In this document: in pieces, positions 47,614-59,000 of the stretch
Numbering within the stretch: position 1 is the stretch's first letter
Layout: every line of letters starts with the position of its first letter
Virus record (IMG/VR): IMGVR_UViG_3300032213_003144
Coordinates: 64,001-128,000 of that record
Length of the DNA: 64,000 nucleotides
Reading direction: 5' to 3' (one strand)
DNA from: a virus
Made by a program: the position numbers and the translations under genes
Notes under the pieces: model-generated
What the model saw: only the letters and a program-made list of their open reading frames with translations
Told to the model about the DNA's origin: nothing
Databases searched by the model: none

Positions 47614-47667
47614 CGGATTTACATTCCCTAATGTCGTAACTCGTGTTTATAGGCTACTGTATGTTAT

Positions 47668-47868
47668 ATGCCCAAACTGAGCACTTTGTCCAATAAGTTC
47701 AAGTCCGTAATAAAACCCAGACTAAATAGACGTACGTTCGCTAATCTGTTCATGGTTTCATTTATACTATGTACAAGTATTGGAGCAGGTTTAATATTCC
47801 CGCCAGCGGGATTAGTGGTTGCCGGACTGACGTGCGGTCTATTTGGTTTATTGTTAGGACTTGAGTAA
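47668..47868 (+). CDS. Small membrane protein upstream of portal
   Basis: Two hydrophobic helices; TACTGT -10 box 7 nt before ATG. Confidence 0.65.
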   Translation: MPKLSTLSNKFKSVIKPRLNRRTFANLFMVSFILCTSIGAGLIFPPAGLVVAGLTCGLFGLLLGLE

Positions 47869-47871
47869 AAT

Positions 47872-49950
47872 ATGGCTTGGAATTCATCCGAAAATAAGTC
47901 TGCTGGTCAAAAGCAGACTAAATCCGCCATTGGTTACGGCGCGCCCGTATCAAGTAACCCAAGTTACACGGATAAGCCATACAGGGACTCGTGGGATATT
48001 GAGCGTGCCTATAGAGAGGGCATGCAGAAAATTACCTGGGTTAACAGGTGTATAGATGCAATTGCTGGGAACCAAGCAAGACTTCCGATAATTCTAAGAA
48101 AAGACAATTCAAAAGACGGCGAAATCGTAGTCGGCCGTGAGGCCAAGCGTTCTTCATTGCTTGAGCTCCTCAACGTTAAATCAAATATCGGCGAGAACTC
48201 TTTTATTTTCAGATACAGACTTTCTGCCCAGTTACTACTTGGTACGCGCGGAGCATTTATCGAAAAGATTCGCGGACGAGATGGTGGCGTTATTGGGCTG
48301 AACCTTCTTCCGCCACAGTCAACTGCACCAATTCCTGACGCTAGAACATTTGTTTCTGGGTACGAAGTGCAGATGCCTTACGGTAAAAAAGTAATAATGA
48401 AGCCAGAGGATGTTGTCTGGATTAGAAGGCCTCACCCGCTAGACCCATATCTGTCGCTAACTCCATTGGAAGCATCTGGAGTTGCCGTAGAAATAGAAAA
48501 CCTAGCCAAGTTGTACAACAGAAACTACCTGCTTAATGACGGAAGACCTGGTGGATTACTTGTTGTCAGAGGTGAGATTGACGAAGACGATAAAGAGGAA
48601 TTACGCAATAGATTTAGGGGTAATTTAGGGAAAACTGGGCACACAACAGTTATCGCTGCAGACGAAGGTGTTGACTTTGTTGATACTTCGGCAAACCCAA
48701 GAGACGCTGCCTACATACAAATGCGTCAAATTACAAAAGAAGAAATTCTTGCTGCGTTTGGAGTTCCAGAATCAGTAATTGGAAATGCCTCAGGACGAAC
48801 GTTTAGTAACTCATCTGAAGAGATTAGAGTTTTCTGGGTAGAGACAATGTTGCCTCACTTGGAGCCAATAGCAAGAGCTCTCGATGAACTTGACGAAAAG
48901 TATTACCTTGACTTTGACACAAGCGAAGTTCCAATTTTGCTGCTTTACAAACAGGAACGTGAAAGATACCTAAAAGACGAATTGGGCCAAGGTCTCATCT
49001 CTGTGAACGAATACAGAATTGCGAGCGGAAGAAAAGAAGTTGAAGCAGACCTCGCTGATTCATTACTCATGAATCCGAACCTGATTCCTATTGCTAATAC
49101 AAAAAAGAAGATGGAAGAGAATGCCGCCCAGATACCCGGTGGCGCTCCTGGGGCACCAGGAATGCCTCCAATGCCAGGTATGCCACCAGTTCCAGGTATG
49201 CCACCAGTTGAGGGCGCAGTTCCACCACTTGACCCAAATACGATGCAAGGTGCAATGGCTGAAGTTGCAGCCGGTGGTGCTGGTGACATGGCTCAGACTA
49301 CGCTCCCACCAGAAGTGGCCGGAATGGCACCAGCAACTGGAGCAGCCCCAATACCGCAAGGCATGGCTAGCGACCCACAAGATGGTTTTCAGTACAAAAC
49401 AGCACTGACCGAGGATTTTGATAAATCGGAAATGGCGATTGAGCGCTGGTCAGAAATTCTCTCCAGAGGAATCGAGAGGGTCGTTGAAAGACAGCAAAGG
49501 GTTGTTCTGGAAAAGGCTGGCAGCAGCAAGTCCAAGAAAGCTCTGATGTCTGGGACTCTTGACCTTGATTCAATTTTCGCCACAGATACATGGAACAAGC
49601 AAATGGAAGACGACTTGCGTCCTGTTATTTCCGCAATAATCAATGACTCTTTTGAATTTAGAAAAGAATCGTATTCTCAAAAAGGACTCAAGCCGAGAAC
49701 AATTGCGCCTGCGACAATTAAGAAAAATATCGATTCACAGATATCAAGAATCATCTCAATCAACTCAGGTATTCGTTCTTCAATGGAAGAAATGATGATG
49801 AAATCATTCTCCCACGCTGGAGAAGAGCAAAGATTTTCCGTCTTTAGAGAAGAGCTTGTGGGCATGTACGCAAACATTCTTGCCAAGGACCAGTTGGAAA
49901 TTTCAGAAACTGAAGCAAAAAATGCATGGACGTTTGGACAGGTTGGATAG
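47872..49950 (+). CDS. Portal protein (HK97 family) with Pro-rich insert
   Basis: V..CID.IA, LL.G.AF, SPL-like TPL, N...PGG.L, EEILAAFGVP, NE.R...G. Confidence 0.9.
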   Translation: MAWNSSENKSAGQKQTKSAIGYGAPVSSNPSYTDKPYRDSWDIERAYREGMQKITWVNRCIDAIAGNQARLPIILRKDNSKDGEIVVGREAKRSSLLELLNVKSNIGENSFIFRYRLSAQLLLGTRGAFIEKIRGRDGGVIGLNLLPPQSTAPIPDARTFVSGYEVQMPYGKKVIMKPEDVVWIRRPHPLDPYLSLTPLEASGVAVEIENLAKLYNRNYLLNDGRPGGLLVVRGEIDEDDKEELRNRFRGNLGKTGHTTVIAADEGVDFVDTSANPRDAAYIQMRQITKEEILAAFGVPESVIGNASGRTFSNSSEEIRVFWVETMLPHLEPIARALDELDEKYYLDFDTSEVPILLLYKQERERYLKDELGQGLISVNEYRIASGRKEVEADLADSLLMNPNLIPIANTKKKMEENAAQIPGGAPGAPGMPPMPGMPPVPGMPPVEGAVPPLDPNTMQGAMAEVAAGGAGDMAQTTLPPEVAGMAPATGAAPIPQGMASDPQDGFQYKTALTEDFDKSEMAIERWSEILSRGIERVVERQQRVVLEKAGSSKSKKALMSGTLDLDSIFATDTWNKQMEDDLRPVISAIINDSFEFRKESYSQKGLKPRTIAPATIKKNIDSQISRIISINSGIRSSMEEMMMKSFSHAGEEQRFSVFREELVGMYANILAKDQLEISETEAKNAWTFGQVG
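49156..49209 (+). repeat. Short tandem repeat encoding PGMPP x3
   Basis: CCAGG(A/T)ATGCC(T/A)CCA units spaced 18 nt apart. Confidence 0.75.
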
Positions 49951-50058
49951 TTTCACTAAACTATTTCTGTAAAACATTCACTTTTTTTAAATACTTACAT
50001 TCTGGAACATGTTTTTCGTTTAATATCGACTAGCAGCCGAGAGAAGTTGGTTCCAAAA

Positions 50059-53000
50059 ATGTCAAATGAAGCATTCGAATACAAGTCATCGGCGCACGGC
50101 TCTCAGTCCATCAAAGGAACGGTCAGCCTAGACGAGGCCCAGGGGATAGTCGAATGTTTCGTAGCTGGAATTGGTAATAAAGACTCAGTCGGAGACGTAT
50201 GTGCTTCAGGAGCCTTCACAAAGAGCCTTCTTCGCAGAAAGCCAAGAGTTGTATGGGGCCACAACTGGAATGACCCTATTGGTAAAGTATTGGAAATATA
50301 CGAGGTTGGTCCACAGGACCCACGCCTCCCACTGAAAATGAAACTTGCCGGGATAGGCGGTTTGTTTGCAAAAGTTCAATTTAATCTAAGTTCAGAAAAA
50401 GGAAAAGAAGCATTTGCTAATGTCCACTTTTTCGGAGAAGAACAAGAGTGGTCGATTGGATACAAAACACTAAGAGCTCAGTTTGACCAAAAGTCGCAAG
50501 CAAATATTCTTTACGAAGTTGAACTCTACGAAGTTAGCCCTGTTCTCCACGGAGCCAATCAGCTAACAGGAACAATATCCGTTAAGGCAGATGATTCCGC
50601 CTACGGAGGTTCAGTAGCAATGATGCCGCAAAGAGAAGAGAGCAACGGCTACGAAGAAATGGAGAAGGAACTCTCCAATCTATTCGGTGCAAAAGTTTCT
50701 GTTCATTCAATCGATGGCGACGAGGTCGTATTCACACGCCAAGAGATGAACGGTGCGAAGAAGTACAAGTGCGGCTTCATGAGAAATCAAGGCCGATACA
50801 TGTTCGGAACTCCTGAAGTAATCAATATTCCGCAGTCCCCAGTTCGTTCTCCTCAATCAGCACCAATGCCTGTGGTGAGCGGAAGACCTACTCCACCCAA
50901 CGACCCACAACGCGTCATTAGACCACAACAGATGCCTTCAATACCAGTTGCGATTAAGCCAAGCGACAATGGGCTAATGATGATTCCTCTTCCAGCTGTT
51001 CAGTATGACTCAAACGAAAAGCCGTCCCTGGACAAGGAGGAAGCAGACCTCCGTGATGCGCTGTTAAAGATAGTTTCACGCCACGGCAAATTTAACGAAG
51101 ACTCTAACGGCGTATGGGCTGGATACAGCCCTGCAGAAGAAAACGAAGTAGCACGTATCGGTGTTAAATGCTCAAACTGCGTCTTCTATCAAGGCGGCTC
51201 AAAGTGCAAAATTATTGACATGCCAGTTGAGCCAGAAGGGAAATGCAGATTTGCTGTTATTCCAAATGGGATTGTTTTGAGCAGTGGTTCCAAAGAACTC
51301 GAAGAGCATGTTTCCGAAGCAGAAAATGCAATCATCGATGTACTAGAACTAAAATACCCAGGCGAGTTTGTTCTTGGAATTGTCAGAAATGCAGTTGGTA
51401 AGAAAAAGAAGAAAAGAAATAAATACAAAAATCTTTCAGAGTTTGGTGATGACGACGACATGGGTGAAAAGTCGTACGTAATACCAGTCGAGCCAAGTTT
51501 TGCATTTAGAGTAAAAACAGCCCTTGACCCAATATTCGATTACCACAGAGCAGAGACTTTTGTTGACTCAGAAGGAATAGTGATTACCTCTGGGGTAACT
51601 GAAAATCTCATAGACGCAGTCGATACGGCTCTTCACAACTTAAAAAAAAAATTCTCAGAACATGAAATAGAGGGAAAATCCCTCGGTTACAGAATAGGTC
51701 GGTCGCTTGGTTCGAGGCTCGTAGATAGACCAAACCTCGGTGGTGGTAGGGATAGAAACAACCGTGGCGGCGGTCGTGGATTCGGGATGCCGGATGGCGA
51801 CCTTGACCCCAGGACAAGAGTTGACAAGAATAGGGATGGAACACTTTTTGATAATGTCCCAGGATGGGAACAGCCAGACCCAACCCCAGATGGACCTGGT
51901 TCGATAAATAACCGAAAACTCTCTTCCTCACAAAGAAGAGATGTTGCCAATATTCCGAGCGAGAGCGTAAACCCAGAATCGGTAGACGGTGACGTAATAA
52001 AGAGCCGCAAACCAAGGTATACGGCTGATGACCTTGGTGAAATCCTTGGAGAAAAGAAGAAGCCAACGAAGAAGGCAGTAGCAAAAAAATCTCCTGTTAA
52101 AAAAGAAAAAGTAAAGCGTGGAGAACTTGATTTCGCTAAGGGTCCCAAAAAAGATAAGACACCATCACTATCCTCTGGTGAGGAAAGACCGCCACGTACT
52201 GCAGTTGCAATGCAGATGGACCCAAAGAATTCGAAGCTTGCAAGACAGATTGATTACGACCCACAGAATGGTGACCTCACTGTTTATTACAGAGATGGCA
52301 AAAAAGAAACATTCAATGATGTTCCTTATGACCGCGTGCGTAAGGCTGGATTTGACGACAAGCCAGATGCATTAATCAGTGCACTACAGAGAGAACAAAA
52401 GAAACCACAAGGCAGGATTAGTCTTGCATCTGGGGAGCAAGAAAAGAGACTTACCCGCCACTCTGGTGACCCAAAATTTGAATCACTTGTATCTCCAGAA
52501 GAACTTGAAAAGCGTAAGAAGTTTGAAGAAGTAATTAAAGACTGGAAAGACTCTGGTTACGGATGGGAAGACGTTCCTAGATACAAGCCAGACGTCTACA
52601 AGTCCCCGGATTATTTGCGTGGTAGGGAAATGGGCGTCAATCAGGCCAAAGTTATGTGGCGTGGAGATAGCACGGTAGAGAGACCAAAGGGATTCAACGA
52701 AAAGCAAAAAGCCTCACTTGATTATCAAGAGTGGTATTCACGAATGGTGATGAGGGCTGGAGCTTTTCTAGAAGCATCACGTGGCGATGACAACGAATTC
52801 TACAACGGCATGGAAGATGCCATGCATGAATTCATGTACAACAATAGACCAGATATAACAACCTACAACATCGATGGAGATAGAAAAGAACCGATGGCCG
52901 ACTGGATGCGTCAGTACGGATTCGACCCAGGCTCACCGACTCCATTAAGAAAGAAAAAAGAAGGAAAGAAGAGAAGTTCACTCTCCCTCTCTTCTGGCGC

Positions 53001-56000
53001 AGACGACGATACAAGACCAAACTTTGATGAAGAGAATTACGAAAGTGATACCAACGTAGATTTCTACGACACCCTTCTTGACATGATGGGCCCAGAAGAA
53101 GAAAGACCAAAAGTCACTTCTCGCAAAAAGCCAAAAGACATGAGTGATGAAGAGATTTATCGCAAGAGAACAACAACCGGAGCATCCCTGCAGGATGTTG
53201 CGGAAGAACTTGGTCTAACTAGAATGGAAGTTAGGAAGCGCGAACAACGACACATGCGCAAAATGCGCAATGAAAAAGACGGCGTATCACTTTCTTCTGG
53301 AGCAAGCGATGACTGGGCCACTTCTAGGGGATACGAGCCAGACAGATTCGACCTTCGCGAAACGATGAATCAAATTGGTAGAGGAAACATAATGGCCATA
53401 TCTGGTGGCCGCGTTGAGCGTAGAGGGAATGAAATGATTCTTCCTTCTACAAAAGACCAGCAAGTAGTCATCGGGTACAACTCGGTTCCAGACCTCTACT
53501 ACGTCAGAGCTGAGCAGAAAATAAATACAGGTAAGGACAAGGGAACCAACAGAATTCTTGCGCAATGGGACGAGGTTTATGCTGACGAAATTGGCGAACT
53601 CGCATATCAGGCAAGTCTCAAGCCAGCAAACCTCAATAGTGAGAACAAGGAGTACTGGAAGCTCGGCAAGGGAAATCAATTTGCAGACAGACTCGTTGAT
53701 AGACGTAGCGGAAAGCTCGTAAGCAGAGAATCAAGAAATCTTCCATCAAAGCCAGCGCCAGAGGAAAGCCCAACTCTTTCTTCGGGTGGCAGAGGTCGTG
53801 ACTACTACAACTACGACATAACAACAACCGATGAAGGAAATGGATTACTCGACCAGGTGCATGATTACCTTGAAGAGAACCCCCTAATCAAAGATGACAT
53901 AACAACCGATATTGCAGACATGCTCGGTGGAGATGGAATAGTTGAGGCTAATGGCTTTGACACAAAAAAGGCATTTGACCTGGTTACTGGTGGAGACGAT
54001 GAGTTCCAGGATTATATGGACATCGTTGATGATGCCATGGAGGCCCTAAGTAATGGCTCCCTAGCAAAGCACAAGGCAACCGTTCGCGATACGAATGTAA
54101 GACTTGAGTCAGCAAAGCCAGGCAGTAATGAAGCAGGAAAACTCGAAGCAATCCGTGATAGGTCGTACGAGTGGATTGGCGACATAAACAAGTATTCACG
54201 CGTATCCACAATTAAAGATAAGAAGAATATTGAAGCCAGCGACGTGGCAACAAGAATGATTTCCAAAGAGCAAGATTCGCTCTGGAATGCTCGCGCGTCA
54301 ATAACAGAAAAATATATTGAAGATATTGCTTCAGCTGGAAAAGAATCAAAGCGCCGTGTATCAATCAGCGCAGTAGATACAGACTCTCGCGACATTCCAG
54401 AGTATGATTTAGCTCTCTCGTCTGGCAGTGTTTTTAAGGATAAACCAGCATCAAAAACGCTTTCCGGTAAGGCTGATGGCCTTTCTCTTGCCTCTGGAGA
54501 AAATAAAAAGATTTATGACGAAATAGGTAAGTCCATTCTTGAGGCATTAATTGAGATGGATAAGAACCCAACAGCAACCTATTGGGACGTACCGTGGAGA
54601 ACACCAACCCTATACGCAAGAAACCCAACAAAGAATCGCCTTTATCAGGGAATGAACTCCCTACTGCTTGCCAATGCGCATAGGCAGAATAAGTACAGAG
54701 GAAATTTCTGGGCCGGGAAGACTCAGTGGGCAAAGTTCGGTGGAACAATAAAGAATGGCAAGGATGGAGTAAATATCCTTGTTCCAAGAGAGGGTTCAAC
54801 CGGAAAATACTTTGTCGTACAGACCGTATATAACCTCGATGATATTGAAGGGCTCCCAGATGCATATGTAAAGAAGCTTCTAGATACAGGAAAGGAACTT
54901 CTTGACCCAGCGACAAAGATAAAGGACGCCGAGTCGGTAATGGAGGAAATTAATCCTGTCATCAAGTTTGGCGGAGATGCTGCATACTTCTCAATTACGA
55001 ATGACCATATTCAAATGCCACCATACGAGATGTTTAAGTCTCCAGAGCAGTACTACTCAACCCTACTGCATGAGCTAACACACTGGACTGGCGGAAAGTC
55101 TCGTCTTGGAAGAAAGCAGGTAGGCCGCCAACAGGACAAGAAGGCTTATGCATACGAGGAATTAATTGCAGAAATGGGTTCTTCTTTCCTTCTTGCCGCA
55201 CTTGGCATCGCACCAGAAGTAAGACAAGACCACGTTGTTTATATCAAGAGTTGGATTTCCAACCTTCGCGAGGACCCGGGTGCATTCGTTAGAGCAATGA
55301 CTGAGGCGCAGCAGGCGGCAGACTGGGTCATGGATAGGTCTCCAACAATGAGAAGACTTTCCGGTGTACCTGATAGCGAAAGAAAAGGAAAGCCAGATGC
55401 GGTTGATGCTGGGGAATCCGCAGTCTCAGAAGTAGTTGAAGAGACTAAGGGCTCTGTTACAGCACTCTCATCCGGCTCTCAAGTTGGATTAAGGAAAGCA
55501 AAAGAACTCAGATACTTTGGCGATGAAAAAGAATATGGCTCAGGCATAACTCAAAGAGACTCCAGTGGAAGGATTCTTGATGAATCTGGAGCACTTTCTC
55601 TTTCAAGTGGTGCAAAACCAATCGTCAGCCTTGACGGTAAAACAACGATTCCAAGACTAGACGACTCTGTCTCGTATAGAGAAAAGTATAAGTTCCTTCC
55701 TGATGAATTTGAACCAACAGAACAACAAAAGGCTTCAATAGACACGCTTGTTCATATGCTTGAAAGTGAGACACCAGGGATTGTCGCTATTGGTGCTGGT
55801 GCTGGTTCAGGAAAGACAACCAACCTTAAACAGAATGCTCGTGCAGTTGCCGCACTTTACCCTGGAAAACAAATTTATTACACCGTATTCAATAGAGGAA
55901 ATGCTAAAGACGGAAACAGGGTGATGCCTAGAAATACAGGTGTTGCAACTGGGAACCAAATAGCATATTGGTCACTTGTTCTTGGAACTGGAGACGCCTT

Positions 56001-59000
56001 CTATGGTGCTGGAACAACCAGAAAGATACAACTCGGAGTTGGTCCAAGAGACTCCAAGAAGTTGCGAGGAGCAAAACGTAACACCGTGAACGTTGCAACC
56101 ACGTTTGAGGGAGAAACAAAGGAATTCGCAGGAGAGATACCAGGGTACAGAGAGCTTGGGTACACAAGCTATGACTCTGCACCGAATATCGCAGAACGCC
56201 TTGCTAAAGATGGGATTGTTGACGAAGAAACTGATGATGGTTTTACTATTTCCCAAAATCTCAAAAAAGCTCTTGGCAGGTTTGCTGAAAGCTCGGATGA
56301 GAAGCTGTCAAAACAACATTTCCTACTTCGTGATATAGAGAAAATTCAGGCATTACAAAATGGTGAACCAGTACCAACTGAAGATTCAATCGATGAAAAA
56401 ATGGTTCAATATGCACAAATGCTTTGGGATGAAACAGTTGACCCAAAATCAAACGTGCTTATCCCGCAGGACTATCAAATCAAGATGTGGGCCCTAACAA
56501 ATCCAGACCTTAGGTATGACAAAGGACTGATTGGTCACAGGCCAAACGAAACAGTGTTTGATAAAGTTTTTCTTGGAACCGTTGAGGAAATGAACTCCGG
56601 AAAAATAAAAGTCGGAGACCTTGTAGAATTTAAAATTCCAGAAACTGGAGAAAAAGTTGCAGCAGTAATACGAAAACTAAACCCTCCATCAAAGAAAGAA
56701 ACAAAAAAGGGTGAGCTATCTGGCAGTAGACAAGTAACCGGAACTGTATCGATTGTTTCTGTCACGAGTGATAAGCCTCTTGATGTGTTCATGTTCGACG
56801 AGGCCCAAGACGTAAACCCTGTGTTGGCAAAAGTACTCGCCGATAATGCAAAGAACATGCCGATAATAATGGTTGGCGACTCACGCCAAGCAATCTATGG
56901 GTTCAGAGGAGCCATGGATGCCCTGGAGAAAGCTAATGCAACATTCAGACTTCCTCTAACACGTTCATTTAGGTATGGAGCAATCCCTGCATATTTAGCC
57001 AATGTCGTGCTGATGCAAGGCAATATAGACGATTTTAACTTTTATCAAAACATGGGAACACCCGAAAAAAACATATGGCACCATGTTGTAGGAGAGGCGC
57101 AAAATGTTGTTATAAACGCGCTCAACATAAACGGACCAGATGGGAAAATACTTCCTAAAAAAGAACTTGAAAAGAAACTTAAATTCATAGAAGTTAAATA
57201 CAAACTTGGCGGAAGAGCTGTCGACTTTAAGGGCAAAAACGAAAAAGAAGTAAAAGACATCATTTCAAAACTTTACGACGAACATGTCCCACGCGCTGAA
57301 GGTCAGATAGTTGAGGACATGACTAGTGCTGATGCTGTTCTAACTTCTACCAACTCCGGAGTAATGGTCGAAGCCTTGAAGGTAATCCAGGACGGTATTA
57401 ATGCACATCAAATCGCGTATCTCGACCTAGATGGAATAGAAGATATAAAAAATCCAGAAGAGCTAGCTGGAAGACTAAGAACATTATCCGAGAAATACAC
57501 TCTTGATGGTGTTGCTGTAGACCTTATAGAAATATTGGAAAAAGATGGTAGAGATTCAATGCTCAATGCCGTCAATGAACTTAGAGAAGAATATGCTCCA
57601 GGTGGAGCTGACGGGAAAATACCAGCCATTGGCATACCTGCCGACACACATGAAAAGTTTCTTGATTTCTTCACTCAACTCGACTGGATTATTGGTGACC
57701 TTGATAAGAAGTTTGGAATCGAAGGAAGACCAAAACCATCTAAACTACTTAAAGACGTATGGAGATTTGATAAGAAAAAGGGCAGATACCCATCAAAAGA
57801 TGAGATGCTGGCAAAAATTGACAAGATGATTAAGGGTGGAGAATCAGAACTTCGCACGCTTTACAACCTTGCTTACCCCAAGTCCAAGGATGGAGGGGTA
57901 AGAGGTGATGCAAAAGGGGCAAGATTCTTTAAAGACCTTTTACGTCCACAAGGCCAAAAATATACTGACATAAATGGAACTGAGGTTAAGTACCAAGGCC
58001 TTAGACCAATGCGTGAAGGAATCAATCTTCCGAATATGGAATCTGGTCGAGACCACATAACTACCGAAGAGATGGACAGAGTCGGAAAGCTTAAGCCTGG
58101 AACAAAATCTGGAAGCAGCCAAAAAATTTCCTGGATAATACCCAAGAAGGAAGAGAGCGTATCTGATGGTGAGGTATTCGTAAAACTTCACATCGGAGAA
58201 AACGGAAAGCCATCTGGAGCGTTGATAATTGCAGGCGATGGAGCGCACGGAGGAAAGTACAAAGTCAGAAGATGGAATAAGGCCAAGAAAACCTGGAGCC
58301 CAATCGAAGAGGGGAAACCAGGGAAGATTGACTACCACGGTGATATATCAAAAGTTATAAAAAAGATGAAAGCTGAATACCCAGACGCCGTAATTGAATT
58401 TAGGCAGGGACTAATACAGCAAGTTGGTACAGCTCAGACATTCCCATCAGACATATCTGATGATTTTGTCCCACCAATGAAAGGTGATTTGCCAGATAGT
58501 TCTGTGCCAAGAGCTTCGCTTCCAGGGTTCTTCATACAAGGAAAAGACAGCGAAGAAACTGCGCGTCTTGCCAATGAACTCGGAAACAGGGTTAGACAAC
58601 TTGCCACGGAAGGAAACACGGATACCGACATTATGACGGTTCATGTTTCCAAGGGCAGGGAGTGGAAGAGGGTCAGACTCGCTGATGATTTCAAAAATCC
58701 TGAAGACATGGTCCCAGTAATACCAGAAGAAGAATTAGCAAAGTTAAGTCCAAAGGACAGACTTGCTGTCGAGAGACAGCTCCAATTGATGCGCAGAGAA
58801 GAGCACAACAAGGTATACATTGCAATAACCAGAGCTCAAGAGCAAATAGATATTGGCGCAGTTCTTGCAAAACTTTATTTTGATGATTCACAAAACGCAT
58901 CTATAAAAAGTGCAAAAGATAAAATTGCAGAAAATCCAGATGGAATATATGACGAGCTTCAGGCTCCTGCTGGTTTCTATGTTCCGTATTCTGGTGATAC

